Positions 24,701-37,971 of a stretch of DNA of 45,143 bases are shown here, piece by piece. Below the pieces are notes generated by a model. It saw nothing but the letters and a program-made list of their open reading frames with translations, made no database searches and was not told the DNA's origin. The position numbers and the translations under genes are program-made. Numbering within the stretch: position 1 is the first letter of the stretch; each line of letters opens with the position of its first letter. The DNA is from Lama guanicoe (lineage: Eukaryota): positions 8,714,358 to 8,759,500 of the forward strand of contig MU054187.1 of the NCBI GenBank assembly GCA_013239625.1, in the 5' to 3' direction.

Positions 24701-27139
24701 TTTGAGGAGGAGGGAGTCCTTCCTCATCCTACCCAGCCAACGAGGCACCTCATGTGTGTTTCTCCCCTGTACCTGCAAGATGACCCGTACCTTCCATGAA
24801 GGCTCTGAAACTTCCTGTCATCACACATAAGGAACAAGTTCACAAGGTTTGTCTTCTCTGACATCTCAAAAAACTCGTAGGCCCCAAACTTATCTGTACC
24901 ATACAGCCTTATCATATCACTCTCTTACGTAAAAACCACAAGAGTACTTGGCATTCTTCTGGGATCCATATACCTTAATACATCCAGACTTTTGCACAGG
25001 CTGTACCTTCTGCCTGTAACACCTTTCTTAACCTCATGACAGCTGACATGGCCTCTTCTTCTCAACACACGTTTTCTACCCTGCCCAGGCTTGCTAAAAT
25101 AGAAGAGCTGAAGAGAAAATACTAAAGCTGCTGATATGCAGATCTAGGAGAAAGCACCAGCAAAAGATGCAGAAGTAGCAGAGAGGGAGTCAGGTAGAAA
25201 AGAGAAGAGCAGGCACGTGTTGTGTCCTAGCTCCAGATAAGGATGTGTTCCAAGAAGAGAGAGCCAACATCTGCTGTTGAATGAACAAGAGAGTGTTGAA
25301 CATTGTCTTTGGCAAGAGGTAGGTCATTGTTTTGTTGGTGGTGGCGTGGGAAGTGTAATTTCTGACAGTGCTGAGTGCCTAGCTGATATTCATGGTCATA
25401 AAGTTAAGGTGATTTCAGCTATCCTGATGGTGTAATTTCCTTCATCAACTTTCAGCTCCCCTGGTCCAGGCCGGCAGGGATGGACAGTTGAATTTAATAA
25501 GGATATGGGCTTGCTTGGCAGAAAGTCAGATGGGTTATTTTGAGACTCCTCTGATCTCTAAAGTCCCATGAAATAAAACAAAAGTTTTATTTTCTTTGAA
25601 TTCTAAAATTTCAAACTAATTTTTTAAACTAACTTTTTAGCATTCTCCAAAGTAAGATAATTTATGGCTGCATGAAAAAAATGATAATGAAGCAATGGGG
25701 AGAGGGATCTTTAGCAATCTTCCATGTTATTTAAATCACAAATACTGGACTAGGAATAGATATTAATCCAAAACAAATGTCATGGTTTATTCTTCCAATA
25801 TGTTTCACTAATTTTTTTCATCCCTTCCTTTTCCAGTTTTGATGTTGGGAAGTTGAAAAAAAAGGACTGTGGTGAGATTGATGCCCTGCCAGGTATAACC
25901 AACCAAAAGATATCCAAGGTCAAAGTCAGAGCTGCTGTAAAAAAAATTTTTTTAATAAGATGAAAGCAAGGAATTTATATATTAATAGAAATTATTTACC
26001 TCAGTGAATCATTCAAACATTAACTAGTCCCCCAAACTCTGACATCTTATAGAAAGCAGCATTTGTCTTTTTTTGTCTCATTTTAGGAAAATCTAAAATT
26101 AAAACCTACTTTAAATTCTAAAAATAAATGGTTTAACTCCTGAAAATTTATTCAATCACATTTTAAACTCCAACATACATATTTCTAGACTTGTAAACAT
26201 ATTTGCATTCTTTTAAATTTAAACAGAAATAGATTTGTTAAAATCCGGTTCCCTGAAATATTCAGGAGAGTATCATCTGGCTTGAGTTTTATAAATTATA
26301 TGTAATGTTTTTAATAAGATACTATGGAATACACATGACTTTGGAACAAGAATTAACAATTTAACTCTACTTCTTACGGAATACGAATTCTTCCACCGTA
26401 TTCACTCAGTGGACACAATAGGTAGTTGTCATTCTCGGTATGAAGCGATGTTTAACTCTTGCTAAATTCACTTTGTCATAATAAAGAAAACCAACTTGAA
26501 TTCCAAACATTACAAGTGACAAAACATTTTATAGAGCATTCATTTTGTATGTAGACTGCACCCGAAGTACTCGGCTTTAATCTAAACGAAAACGCCAAAG
26601 TGAAGTCAAAAGTTATTTACTGCTGCTTCTCGCCTGACATGTCTTAACAGGACATAACAAGCTGGTGAAAAGGGAAGGCTGGACAGACAGGCCCCCTTCT
26701 CTGCGCGTTCAGTGAACCCCACTAGCATTCCTCGCACAGCGGCCGTCCCCGCAGCCCCTCAACGAGAGTATCAACGCCTCGCATTCAGACAGTGCCTTCT
26801 AGTTTACAAAGTGCTTTTCATACCGGGTTGGTTTCTTTGTAATGAGAGGGAAAGTTTTGCAGAGGATTTTATTCCCTTAGAAGGCAGGAGACTTTTGGCA
26901 AGATTTTGAATCTTTCCTCTGTGGCCAATTAGTGACAATTCCACTTTTGCAAGACAGCCGTCTCCCTGTCCAATTTGACAAGGCAAAGCAAGAAGACTGG
27001 CACTGAATTCGATGCCAACAGTAGTTCAAAATCTCACCACCATCAAAATAGGAATTCAGATGCAAAATTCCAAGACTCACTTTTAGCCTGCCCTGGCCGC
27101 CAGAGAGGCTGAACTATAACCAGAGTCGGCTTCTGAAAG

Positions 27140-27935
27140 TAGCAGGCTGGTAGCAGTGTAATTGGTATAACGTTTCTGCAAAGGAAGTTTGGCGACATGT
27201 TTCTGATGAAGGCAAAATTGCATAATTGTGCGATCACGTGCATACCAATATGTTTGTTTCAGCCTTGTTTATAGCAGGAAAAAAATGAGAAGCAACAGTA
27301 TTAATCAATAGGCAGTTGGTTAACTAAACTATGACACAATTGTTAACTGAAATACTATGTAACCAATAATTAAAATACAATGGAACGCCATCTGGGGATG
27401 GGTGGCGTACACCAGACAGTGTAGGACCTTGCAGGCTACGATAAAGCAGAATTTGGGTTTTTTCTCTGTGTTAATTAGAATGCCATTGGAGATTTTTGAA
27501 AATGGGAGAGACAAGATTTGACTTGCATCTTCAAAGGATCACTGTGATGCTGTGGTGAAGAGACTATGGTAGGATTGTGGGTGGAAGTGATGAGGACATG
27601 CCAAGGGCGGGTTGATGATGGCTCAGAGCAGGTGCTACCAGCATCGGAGGTGGGAAAAAGTGCTCAAAGTCTATGAACAGTGAATGTCCAGAAAGCAAGA
27701 TACACTGGATATTGGGTATGAGAGAAAGTGAAGGATCAAGGAGGACCCTTGGCTCTCATTAAGTAGGTATGCGTATGCGTGAGGAGACCAACGCACAAGA
27801 GAATGCATCCCCCAGAACAACAGGGTTGTCGCTGAGTAATTGGTTTCAGATCTTTATTTTCATCTTTATACTTTTGTTTGGGATTATGCAAGGAACATGT
27901 GTTACTTCAATAATTTAAAAGCTATTTAAAAAATA
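27140..27935 (+). mobile_element. Old L1ME ORF2-end/3' UTR remnant apparently flanking an L2 piece
   Basis: GTGTAATTGGTATAACGTTTCTG...TTTGGCGACATG, GCCTTGTTTATAGCA...AATAGG...TGGTTAACTAAACTATG. L1ME-like end at ~27820-27935. Confidence 0.55.
27400..27755 (-). mobile_element. L2 LINE fragment
   Basis: GCCATTGGAGATTTTTGAA...GATTTGACTTGCATCTTCAAAGGATCACTGTGATGCTGTG...GATGATGGCT...GGATCAAGGAGGAC. Confidence 0.8.
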
Positions 27936-30574
27936 AATGAATGCCAAGGAGAATGAGAAACAGTTTGCCCGGTATATATTTTTCGGTCAGCCATCTCTTG
28001 TTGTACAACAATCAAACCTCATAGAACAGCAAGCAACAACTCTGGAATCAGGCAGTAGCTGGCCCCCAACCTGCCCGGATTTAGGAACCCTAGCAAGTTG
28101 CATCTCTTTATCTGGGTCCTTTCTAACTGAAGGAAAGAATTCACTAGGGCCTCCCACACAACGAACCTGAAGATTAACACCATGGAGTCGGCACACCTGC
28201 CAACCAAACCACAGAAGTAAACCTCCATCTGTGTAGCGAGATGAGTCATTCTTATTCTCATTAAGCCTCATAGTTAGCATATTTGAGTCTACCTCCTTCT
28301 GAAAATTTATATTTTCTGTTTATATTTTCATAGGCCTTATGGCATATATACCTTTTTTTTTTTTTTGGTAAGCCACTTGAATCCTTTATAAACATGTGGG
28401 GTAAAATAAATACATACATAAACACTTCGATATTTTTCTCCACACCTCCCCCATTCCAGGTAGATCTGCTTTATTTAGGTCTTATTCAAAATCTTGCAAT
28501 TCACTCCCCAAACTGCCTCCCTCTTTACTGTGCACTCTCGGCAGAAGTCAACCATGCAGAACCATGCAGTTGAGAAAAATATTCATGTCTCTGTGCATCA
28601 CCTGGGCTATTTGGAGAAAAGGTGCAAACAAATTGAATACAGATACACTGCACCCGGGGAACCAGGTAAGACCCCGGGCAGACACACAGCTCAACGGGCG
28701 TGGGTGCACCTCTGCACACGAAGCTCTCCATTCAGCAGTGGAGAGGAATAAAACCCAACTGTGACACCATACATGGTGGGATGAACAAAATTGTTTTCAT
28801 AGCGGTGGTAGGTCTTCAAGCATTCATAGAAGGACCTCCAGCGTCTACATAAAACCAGATCCCTCCTATTTCTTCCAACCTCCCTTCTCCAATGCAGCTG
28901 CACTGCTCACTTCTTATCCTTCCCCATGCGCATGTCTGGAACCCAACATACAGGTGGGGAGCCCAAGCCACACCCCCCGCCCCTGGCTACTTAGGATGGA
29001 GACTTCTGCATTTCTAGCTCCTCTCGGGCACGCAGTCTGTGCATGTACTAAGCATGTGGCTTTCTGCATATGTCTGCACATCATTTTGCAGGAAACTCTA
29101 TTTCACACTACACCAGCTTGATGAGTAGCTGTTGTTCACACCCACTGAGAAATAACTCCATGTGAGAATAATACCTTTGCAACTTTGAAGTGTCCTCAGA
29201 CAGACTTCTCATCTCCAGGCCATCAGCCTGCTGTGAACTCTCATCTTGACTTTTCACACTTACAGGCAACAGTCATGCAACATACTGTCAAATGATATGA
29301 AGGTCTGAGGAGACGTGAAGGAGTGCAAAATTAAATTGGAGCCGGAACATCTTTCTGGTTCAATGTAATTTTTAATAATTAAAAAAAAATCCACCACACA
29401 TGCAAGTATATTCATACTCGGTGTCAACATATAATTTCTGTTGTGTGTCTTTGAAGTATGTTTACATTTCTGATCCTCATTGACATCCCTTGTGTTGAAG
29501 ATTGATGTACGGATTCAGCATCCGAAGTCCCTGTCCTCAAGGCACTTTCTACTTACATCTTCCTTAAAGTAAGGATTTCTGGCCAAAAATCTTAAAGCCG
29601 CAATTATTATACCACTGAAGCAATTGAAAGCTGGGCGTGGGTGTGGTTTCAATGAACTGTATTTTCTCTTTGAGAATTATTATAGTTTCACCAGTCCTGT
29701 TTGTTGAAAATCCAGCAAAATGTAGGCATTCAAAAAATATCTCTTATAGGAGTAAATAAGATAACTGACTCTTTCATTCCTCAAATAATTGTTGAGCCCC
29801 TGAGTGTGCCAGACCAGGATGCGCTCCAGAATTAAAGGGGAGTCTACTGTGAGTCTGGAATTAAAAGAAACTTACTCATGCTCAGTAGAAGAGCTGACAT
29901 GTTAAGCACACTTTCCTTAATTCAGCAGGAACATTTCTCAGCCAGGGCTGAAATACACACACCAAACCTGTCGTTAATTTTTAGTTAATTAGGAAGTTCA
30001 ATTAAGTGGAAGCCAGCTCATTCTTAGTGCTTAATTCTTTCAGTTAATGTCCAACTGAACATCTGGAACTCAGTTCAACCCAACAGAAGTATTGAGTTAG
30101 CACCAGAGATTCTGCAACATGCTAGGCACTGAGGGTGCCAGCTTGGGAAGACACAGGGCTGGGATGGGGAAGCAGGGCTTCATGACAACCTGCCCACCCC
30201 ATCGGATGGGCGGGAAAGTGGGCTAGTACACATACTTGTAATTCAGAGTGAGAGGAGGAACAATGGAAGAATACACCAGACATGGGAAGTGATCATGGAG
30301 GTGAGAGAAAGGGACAGGGTGAAGGCGAGTGCGTTGAGCAGCCTCCTTTCCACGTGGGGGTGCAAATTTTGAAGGCCTGAATGGGTAGTAACCCAAGGCA
30401 TCTTCAAGAAGTTTTAAAATTTCAAGTATCAGCTTGTCTCCTCTTGATTTGCTCCTCTCCTCAAAGGTCAGTAGACAGAAAATCTCATAAATTAAATTTT
30501 CTAAACAGCTGTATTCTGTTTAATTAAGAGTTACCATGACTGTACATCTTTAATCCCTAAATTTACAAAATGTT

Positions 30575-30670
30575 TTATTTTATTTTATTTTGTTTTGTTA
30601 TTTTTAATGGAGGTATCGGGAACTGCATCCAGGACCTCACGCATGCTAAAAGCATGTGCTCTCCCCCAGT
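30575..30670 (-). mobile_element. Vic-1-like tRNA-derived SINE with internal deletion
   Basis: T-rich tail plus TGGAGGTATCGGGAACTGCATCCAGGACCTCACGCATGCTAAAAGCATGTGCTC is the reverse complement of the 43.2-kb SINE. TSD TACAAAATGTTTT / TACAAAGTGTTTT. Confidence 0.85.
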
Positions 30671-30719
30671 ACAAAGTGTTTTTGATGTAAATCATAGTTT
30701 GGATCTAAAACTAAAAGAA

Positions 30720-30880
30720 CTGTGTATACATAAAAACATAATAATATATACATTTATCTGTATATATAAAACAAGTTTATATAAAGGATATATAAATATA
30801 TATTATATATACATACACAGATAATACTAATATCCTTGACTATATATTTGCTTATGCTTGCTGTCAAACATTTAAATAAT
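30720..30880. repeat. (TA)-rich low-complexity tract
   Basis: ATAATATATACATTTATCTGTATATATAAAAC...GATATATAAATATATATTATATATACATAC. Confidence 0.7.
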
Positions 30881-33245
30881 TATAAATGCCAAACGTTAAC
30901 AAGAACGGTTTCACTACTAATTTAGAACTTGTACAGCACATTCGAGAAATGACATGGAAACATACGAGCCTTGGGAAGTTTATGGTCAACCAACAAATGC
31001 AAAACGCCTCGTAGCATCACCACTGCAAGACTTGCTTCTAGAAATTTTTCTTTTAAACTTCTCAGAAGGCATAGAAGATCTTTTTTTTTCCTCCAACTTA
31101 GCTTGGGAAAATTCTCTGAAGTGCTTTACGAGCCATGAATAGACATATGTCTTAGGAAAATGAAACTGCAATGACTATCATTTGTGAGTTTCAGCAAGCC
31201 ACGCAAGACAATGGGAATCAAATTCCCCATTGAAAAGGAAAACAATTAAATTTCATGACAGTGCAAACTTGGAAAGATGCTACAAAATCATCATAATCTA
31301 GTTTACAGTGTTTAAAATTCTTACAAAAAACCCCCAGCATGTGAACTGTTTTATCTGTTGAAGATTTTTAAATGAATTCTGAACACCAGAATGGAAAGTG
31401 AGCCAGAAACCAAGATGCCATTTGCCTGCTGCTGCCCTGCCGGCTCAGCTCGCCACCCTTGAAGGGGCCGACGTCCAAGACATCCCTATCAATTGCCTAA
31501 TAAATTCGAGTTCGCCAGTAGTTACATCCTCTAATTTAAAAAACACAAAATGACAATAGAAAAAAATCTCCATTAGAAATAACAGGAGGCATAGGCAGTT
31601 TCAGGAAGCCAGTTATCCTACCAAATAGGTTCTCCTCTGGTTCCTTAGGTCTCTTGGCCTCAAAGGCATGAAGAAAATAATTCTGAGATAGGTCGTCTTA
31701 AAATTACCAGTGCTCCCTATTGATCCTTTTGTGGTAGGAGTCAATCATCAATTTTTCTCAAAAGCGACATAAAGAAGGATTTCCCAGGAAAAGGTCTTAA
31801 GAACTCAGAGGTGGTCACGCAGAAGTAGAGTGGATTTTGGTTTCTCAATTGTTGACCTACAGTTGATGGCTGGGATGAGGCTTGTCCAACAGAGCAGGAA
31901 GGAAGCATGGCCACATTTTAACATTTATAACCACTGGGGCCTCATCATTTTGATTGAACAGATACTTTCTTGGATTGATATATGTTTTCTGGTCTTTCTG
32001 TCTCTTCTGCTCCCTGAACACAGGCTAATCACCTGTATCTCTGGCCTCAGGCACATTTCAAGTTCCAAAGGAATAAAAGGGATTTAGAGTTGGAAAGGGG
32101 TCAGGATGTTAGCCCAAATCCTTCTTTTACACTCAAAGAAAATCTAAATACTAACGTGGTTACTATTGAGTGGTGGCTGTGAGTGCCCAGCAGTCCCCAT
32201 GGGATGCTGGCTGAGAACAAGGTCTGGCGTGAACTGCTCAGTGTCGTCTCCCGCGCCCCATACCCAAGAAGAGAAGTTTCTCAGTAAATATCTCTTAGTT
32301 AAAAATTCTGCATTCTTTTCCAAAATTTAAAACAAAATTTTTAGTAAATCTTTATTAAAAGCTAAGTATTAGAAAAGAGAGCACCAATAGTTGATGTTGG
32401 CCTTTCCTTTTACTCCTGTTGATTTAAAAACAGAACAAAACAAAACAAAACAAAAGAAAACCTGCTCCTGTGTCCGAGGGGTATAAATTAATGGAATGGC
32501 TATGCTAACATTGTTCCTGGTACATGATTCTTGTATCTGTAGGGTTTTTCTCTTTATCCATTCCCATGAATGATTCCAGTGATTCTCAGATTTCCCACAA
32601 TAATTAATTAATTTGCTCATAAACTCTAGCTAACACTTAGCACCTTCTGCAGTACATCATTACCAGAGTTCAAACAGTGCGGGAGGGCCACCTGAGTTTT
32701 GGAGATGTCTAGTTAATTTATCAGTATAGAACTGAAGAAATAAGTTAACACCGTTGAATGATGCTTTCAAATGATAGAAGCAGAACTTTGCAGCCTCTGC
32801 CTTCGCCATTGGCTGAGTTCCCTCACCCAATCCTTAGAAGTAACAGTTACTATAAGACCCAGATCTGAAAAATGAACCTACATCATTGGGGAAGGCACAA
32901 GTCTCAAGTAGGGACCACCCAACATCCTTAGGACCATTCATAGATACTGTATTTTTACTTCAAAGAGAAGCATTATTTGTTTCTCTGTGTTTTGCAGCCT
33001 TGAAGCCTGTTTCTGAGTATTGGATCAGAATGATGTGTTCAAGGAGTGACAAAGAGCTGCCAATGGGGGTTGCATCTGTCTCATAGTGGTGCGTGTGTCT
33101 TCCAGGTCCTTACTGAAGTGCCACCTTAACATTTACCTGAAACAGGGACTATGGAGGTACGGATTGGAGCCCATGTACTATTCTTTGAATTATTACATTG
33201 CAAAACCACTTGGAGATTAAAACAGCTGTCTAAAATGTGTATTAA

Positions 33246-33444
33246 CTGTATAGCATAGGGAAATATATACAAGATCTTATGGTGGCTCACAGAGAAAAAA
33301 AAGTGACAATGAATATATATATGCCCATGTATAACTGAAAAATTGTGCTCGACACTGGAATTTGACACAACATTGTAAAATGATTATAATTCAATAAAAA
33401 AGGTTTAAAAAAGGAAGAAAAAATAAAATAAAATAAAATAAAAC
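33246..33444 (+). mobile_element. Young camelid-type L1 3' end with perfect TSD
   Basis: CTGTATAGCATAGGGAAATATATACAAGATCTTATGGTGGCTCACAG...; tail with (TAAAA)n. Exact 14-bp TSD AAAATGTGTATTAA at 33232-33245 and 33445-33458. Confidence 0.93.
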
Positions 33445-36400
33445 AAAATGTGTATTAAGACTTTAACAACAACAGATAATCTGGGGAGTTTTGCAGACAG
33501 AACTCTCTCATCTTGAGAAATAGCTTTGCTGGATAACTAGATTTCATTCTCCAAATTCAGTAAGCAACTCCTTCCGTGATATGGTCTTCTGGAATATACA
33601 GAAGAATGTGAATATGCCAAAGGAATATTACTGATCAAAGGATCAAACTTCTCTGTTTCATAGAGTAAGAATTACTTTTATGCCTTCTAGACTTATAAAG
33701 ATCACAAATGTATGTATCCATATGGATAGCTTGTATGTGTACCTACTTTATATCCATGAAATCACGTACCAGCATTAACAGATACCAACTTAAAAATATG
33801 CCAGCTTTGTGTCTGGCTTATTTCTTTGTAATAACTCATGACTTTGATGTACCATTACTGGTTAGAAATTCCTTCTTCAGCTCATCTTCCATTTCTCATC
33901 TCCATTGGAAACACAGTCATAATTTCACATTCAAAAGAGTGAGAAGACCCAACCATTGCGCAAAGTTTCAAAGCCATTTTTTGCACGACAGGAATATGAG
34001 ACACATGAAGCCCCCCAACGCACCGTTTCTCTTGGTAAATGCAATGTGTTCATGATTTTTAAAGACCAAGTAACCAATACACAAACAAACAAATAATTTC
34101 AAGGGAAAGAAAGATTAAAAAGTGAACTCACCATCTGTAACCGTATTTACTCTAGGAGGGAACAAAAGATTGACGTAAGTTGCCATGTTCCTCAATAAAA
34201 CTCTGCCTTAGAAAAGTTAATTACAAATCCCACTGAGTCTGACATGTAGTGAGGTAATGAAAACACTTTGGTTCTAGAGAATTACAGTACAGTACACAGT
34301 GCTCACAAACAGAATGAATAATTGAAATCCAGAGCTTTTATACCTCAATGAAAAAAAAACAGTATTTCATGGCACATAAATTTATTCAGCTTATTTGCAT
34401 TAAGGTTGAATGATCAAAGCTCTGTCCACAGGAAAACAGTGATGGTACCTTGATTTAAGTGTGATGAGCATTCATAAATATTCTTAGGAAGCAAGATGTA
34501 CCTACATTTAATCAGCACTTATTAAAATTTTATTCCCTATAGTTATTCAACAGGATCTGTGGTATAAAAACATAATTACAAAAATCAGATTTGAGCTCAT
34601 TTGACAACAGAAGGGTTTTATGGTGACCTATCTCCAAATGTTCCTATTTGTAATTAAATGCAGCGATCAGCAGTAAGGATTTTGAAGCTGTTTTAGTAGT
34701 TCCGCTATTCTGCTTAACATGTGGCACCCGTAATAATTAAAATGATACTAACACATGCACAATTTTATGGCCCTTATGGTGCAACCCATTATGCCAAATA
34801 AGGGCCTCTGTTTTCACAGCATACTGCACATGGTCTCATTACACCCACTTTTCTTTTCCTGTCTTCACACTAACAACTGTTAAAGTGAATCAACACACGA
34901 AACGTACTATAACAGCTTAGTGTTTATGATATGTGTGCTGTTAGTCAGTGAACAGGAAAATCTAAACATTTACTGTTTATGTAAAGAATAGCGTTAGTGT
35001 TAGCGAATTGCTCGGGTCTGCTTCCTTTATTATCTAGATCACAAACGTAATGATGGGTTTCAATGGCATCTATATTTTTGCTTTGTTTTGTTTTTCAATG
35101 CAGATGTCTATAAAAACCAGAAGAATTTCACATTTACATATCTTAGAGTATTTCTTCTCAACCATAAGATAATTTGGGGATCGTTTAAAAAAAAAAGATA
35201 GGTTAAATCAGTATGTGTTGTTCCCTTTAAAAGAAAAAAAAAAGAAAGAGAAAGAAGAAGAAGAAGAAGAGTGAAAGACTTAAAGTTATTTGGAGGTGGT
35301 TTCCTTCTCGACATTCTAAGGCTCGATCTGGCTTATCTAAGGTGTTGCAAAGCTATAAACCGTTTTTATGGGGTACCACACTAAAATTTACAAGAAACTG
35401 GGAATTTGAGATTAGTGCCATTTTATCATGAATAATTTTGTAATTAAGGAGCTCCTCAAAGACCTCCGACACTCATTTTACAGTCATCAGTTCCGAATGG
35501 CATTCAGTCTTTTTGTTCTGGGACACAGTCCAAAGTAGGTCCCATTGGTAGAACACCAACGGACTGGGCAAGATCTCATGTCTGCATTTTGCAGTGCTAT
35601 TTTTCTGAACATTAGTTGAAACTTCAGATAAAGAATAACAATCTTTTTTTATTTTTCTTTTCCTTCGTAAGTCAAACTCAATTCTGTGCAATTAGGAATT
35701 TTGCCATAGTGGCGGTAACCAGGAGTAAATGGAGCTGAGTAGGCCTTGAATGTTAACGGCTTAATAGCTCAATTGATTGCAAAGATACAAAAGAAAAATG
35801 TTCACAGATTGCAGCCTTCACATGGTTTGGCTCCGAGATCTCATCAACAGTGTGACGTCGACCGGTAGAGAACCATGTGGATGCTGTACGCGGACCATGC
35901 GCTCGTTACAGAACTGTGAAAATTTGTGGGACTGCAAAATGAAAATTATCAGCCAGGGGAAAAAAAAAAGCAGCAAGACGAGAAGTGGTAGAGGGAAAGC
36001 AGCTTGAGAAAGACCTAACACATTCTTCTATTCAAGCTCCTTAGTAGAAAGACTAGAAACATTGAATGTTATGTAAATATCACCGCAGGTCCAACAAATC
36101 TGTCAGAAGCCTAACTATCCCAGGCTCAGAGTGTCACACTCACACGGGGAAGATTCCATCTTTGCTAGGAGGCATTCTCCAACTCTCACCAAAAAGAAAA
36201 AAGAAAAAAACCACAAAAACCCGCCCTGCTCAACAATTCCAGAAGGCAAACATGCTTTCTATCTGAACTTGAAGAAAGTTGCATCCGAAACCCATATTCT
36301 TTGATTAAAATAGGCGTTTGTGATCAGCATTACTACTTACTACCCTACGATCAAAAACAAATAACCCACTTTGTTTGTTTCTTACTGCAAATGAATTAAA

Positions 36401-37971
36401 TTAGAAGCCATTAGGAGGACTCGCTGTTTATATCCTTGTTTCAGCAGTGGTAGTATTTGAAGTTTCCTGCGGTAAGTTCATTACTCGTATTTTGTCCAGA
36501 ATTAGTGAAGCGTGCTGAAAATTGCTAATGACAGATGTTTCTCCACTCTGTCACACTTCTTGTATCATTTGATTTGGAAAGCAACATACGGTGTTCTGCT
36601 CTATCAGTATGTCACAGACTGTCTGTAAACAGCTGGTCATAACTCAGTTCAGTGAAAACCATTACTTTCCAATGAAGGGCTGGACACCCTCCAAATTGCA
36701 TTTTGGCATGGCCTCGGCTGCATAATGCACAAAGTTCCTCTGTTCTGAGGTTACCTAAGGAAGATTTCTCACTTTCCCTACTTGTGTTTATGTGTCAGAA
36801 AAGAAGAGTGTTTTCTCAGCAATAGATAGATGATCAAGAGGATATGGCGGAAAAAATATCTTTTAGTGATTATATCAAGCAGGCAGAAAAAAAATCTGAA
36901 TGGTGCATTGCAAAAGACAGCAATACAAAACCCACCCAAAATGTGTGTCTTGCCATTTCTAGTTATGTCTCCAGTTGAAGGGAGCATGAATTATTAGGGT
37001 CAAGGTCCATAAGATGACATATTTCAATGTCTCCTACAGAACAGTCATGGCAGGTGAGCATGACCACGTGGCTATCCCTTGATATCTAGTCACAGTAAGA
37101 AGTGCTAAAATCATCAATTATACGGTAGCAAAATCCAAAGAAATTTGTCCTTTTTTTTTAATCTGAAACTCATTGAGCCACAAACCCGAATATAAAAATC
37201 ATATAAGTACAAGGCCATATACACTATTTTTTTTAACATGACATTTTAAAACATGCTGACAATTACATTTAACAGTGAACAATGCCAGGTTATTTGAACC
37301 ATGCACAGAATAACAAGGCATCATTAGCAACACCTTTCAGAATGTTTGGTGTTTTATCTCCCCGTGGAGATAAAATCTCTCACTGCAAAACCTCTGGATG
37401 GAACATAGAGATACTGAGTATATGTGAAGCCACTTGGCACTTCCAGACCCACAGGGGCTTCGTGGTACATACAAAGACACTAAAGAGAAGGAATTGAGCC
37501 CATTTGAGGGAGAGGATGATAAAGGAACATCTCAGCTCGGCACTCATTTAATCAAATATCCATCAACAAATACCAAGTACTTACATGCTCCAGATAAGTG
37601 CTGGAGATACTCTTGTGGGACTCTCTTCTGTGCACAGAGAGGCTTGTCAGCACTGAACTCTAAGTATATGCTTTCTTCCTGCCCACTTCCGCCTAGATCA
37701 GGCTCTCACCTTATCTTTCTGAAGCCCTTCCTAACTCCCCCATCTCCGGGCCTTCCCCACACACTCCCAATAACTCTAGGAGAGCATTACAGAAAAAGTG
37801 CGCTGGAGCCCAGGAGAGAGAGCGACTGATTCTGTGAGAGAGCCAGGGGAGACATCAGAGGAGCTGACATTTTGCCTGGGTCTTAAATAACGACTCATGT
37901 GTGCAAAGTAGACAACATTTTAGAACATCCTGATTAAGAGACATGTCCTCAACTAGTTTAAAAAAAAAGAC

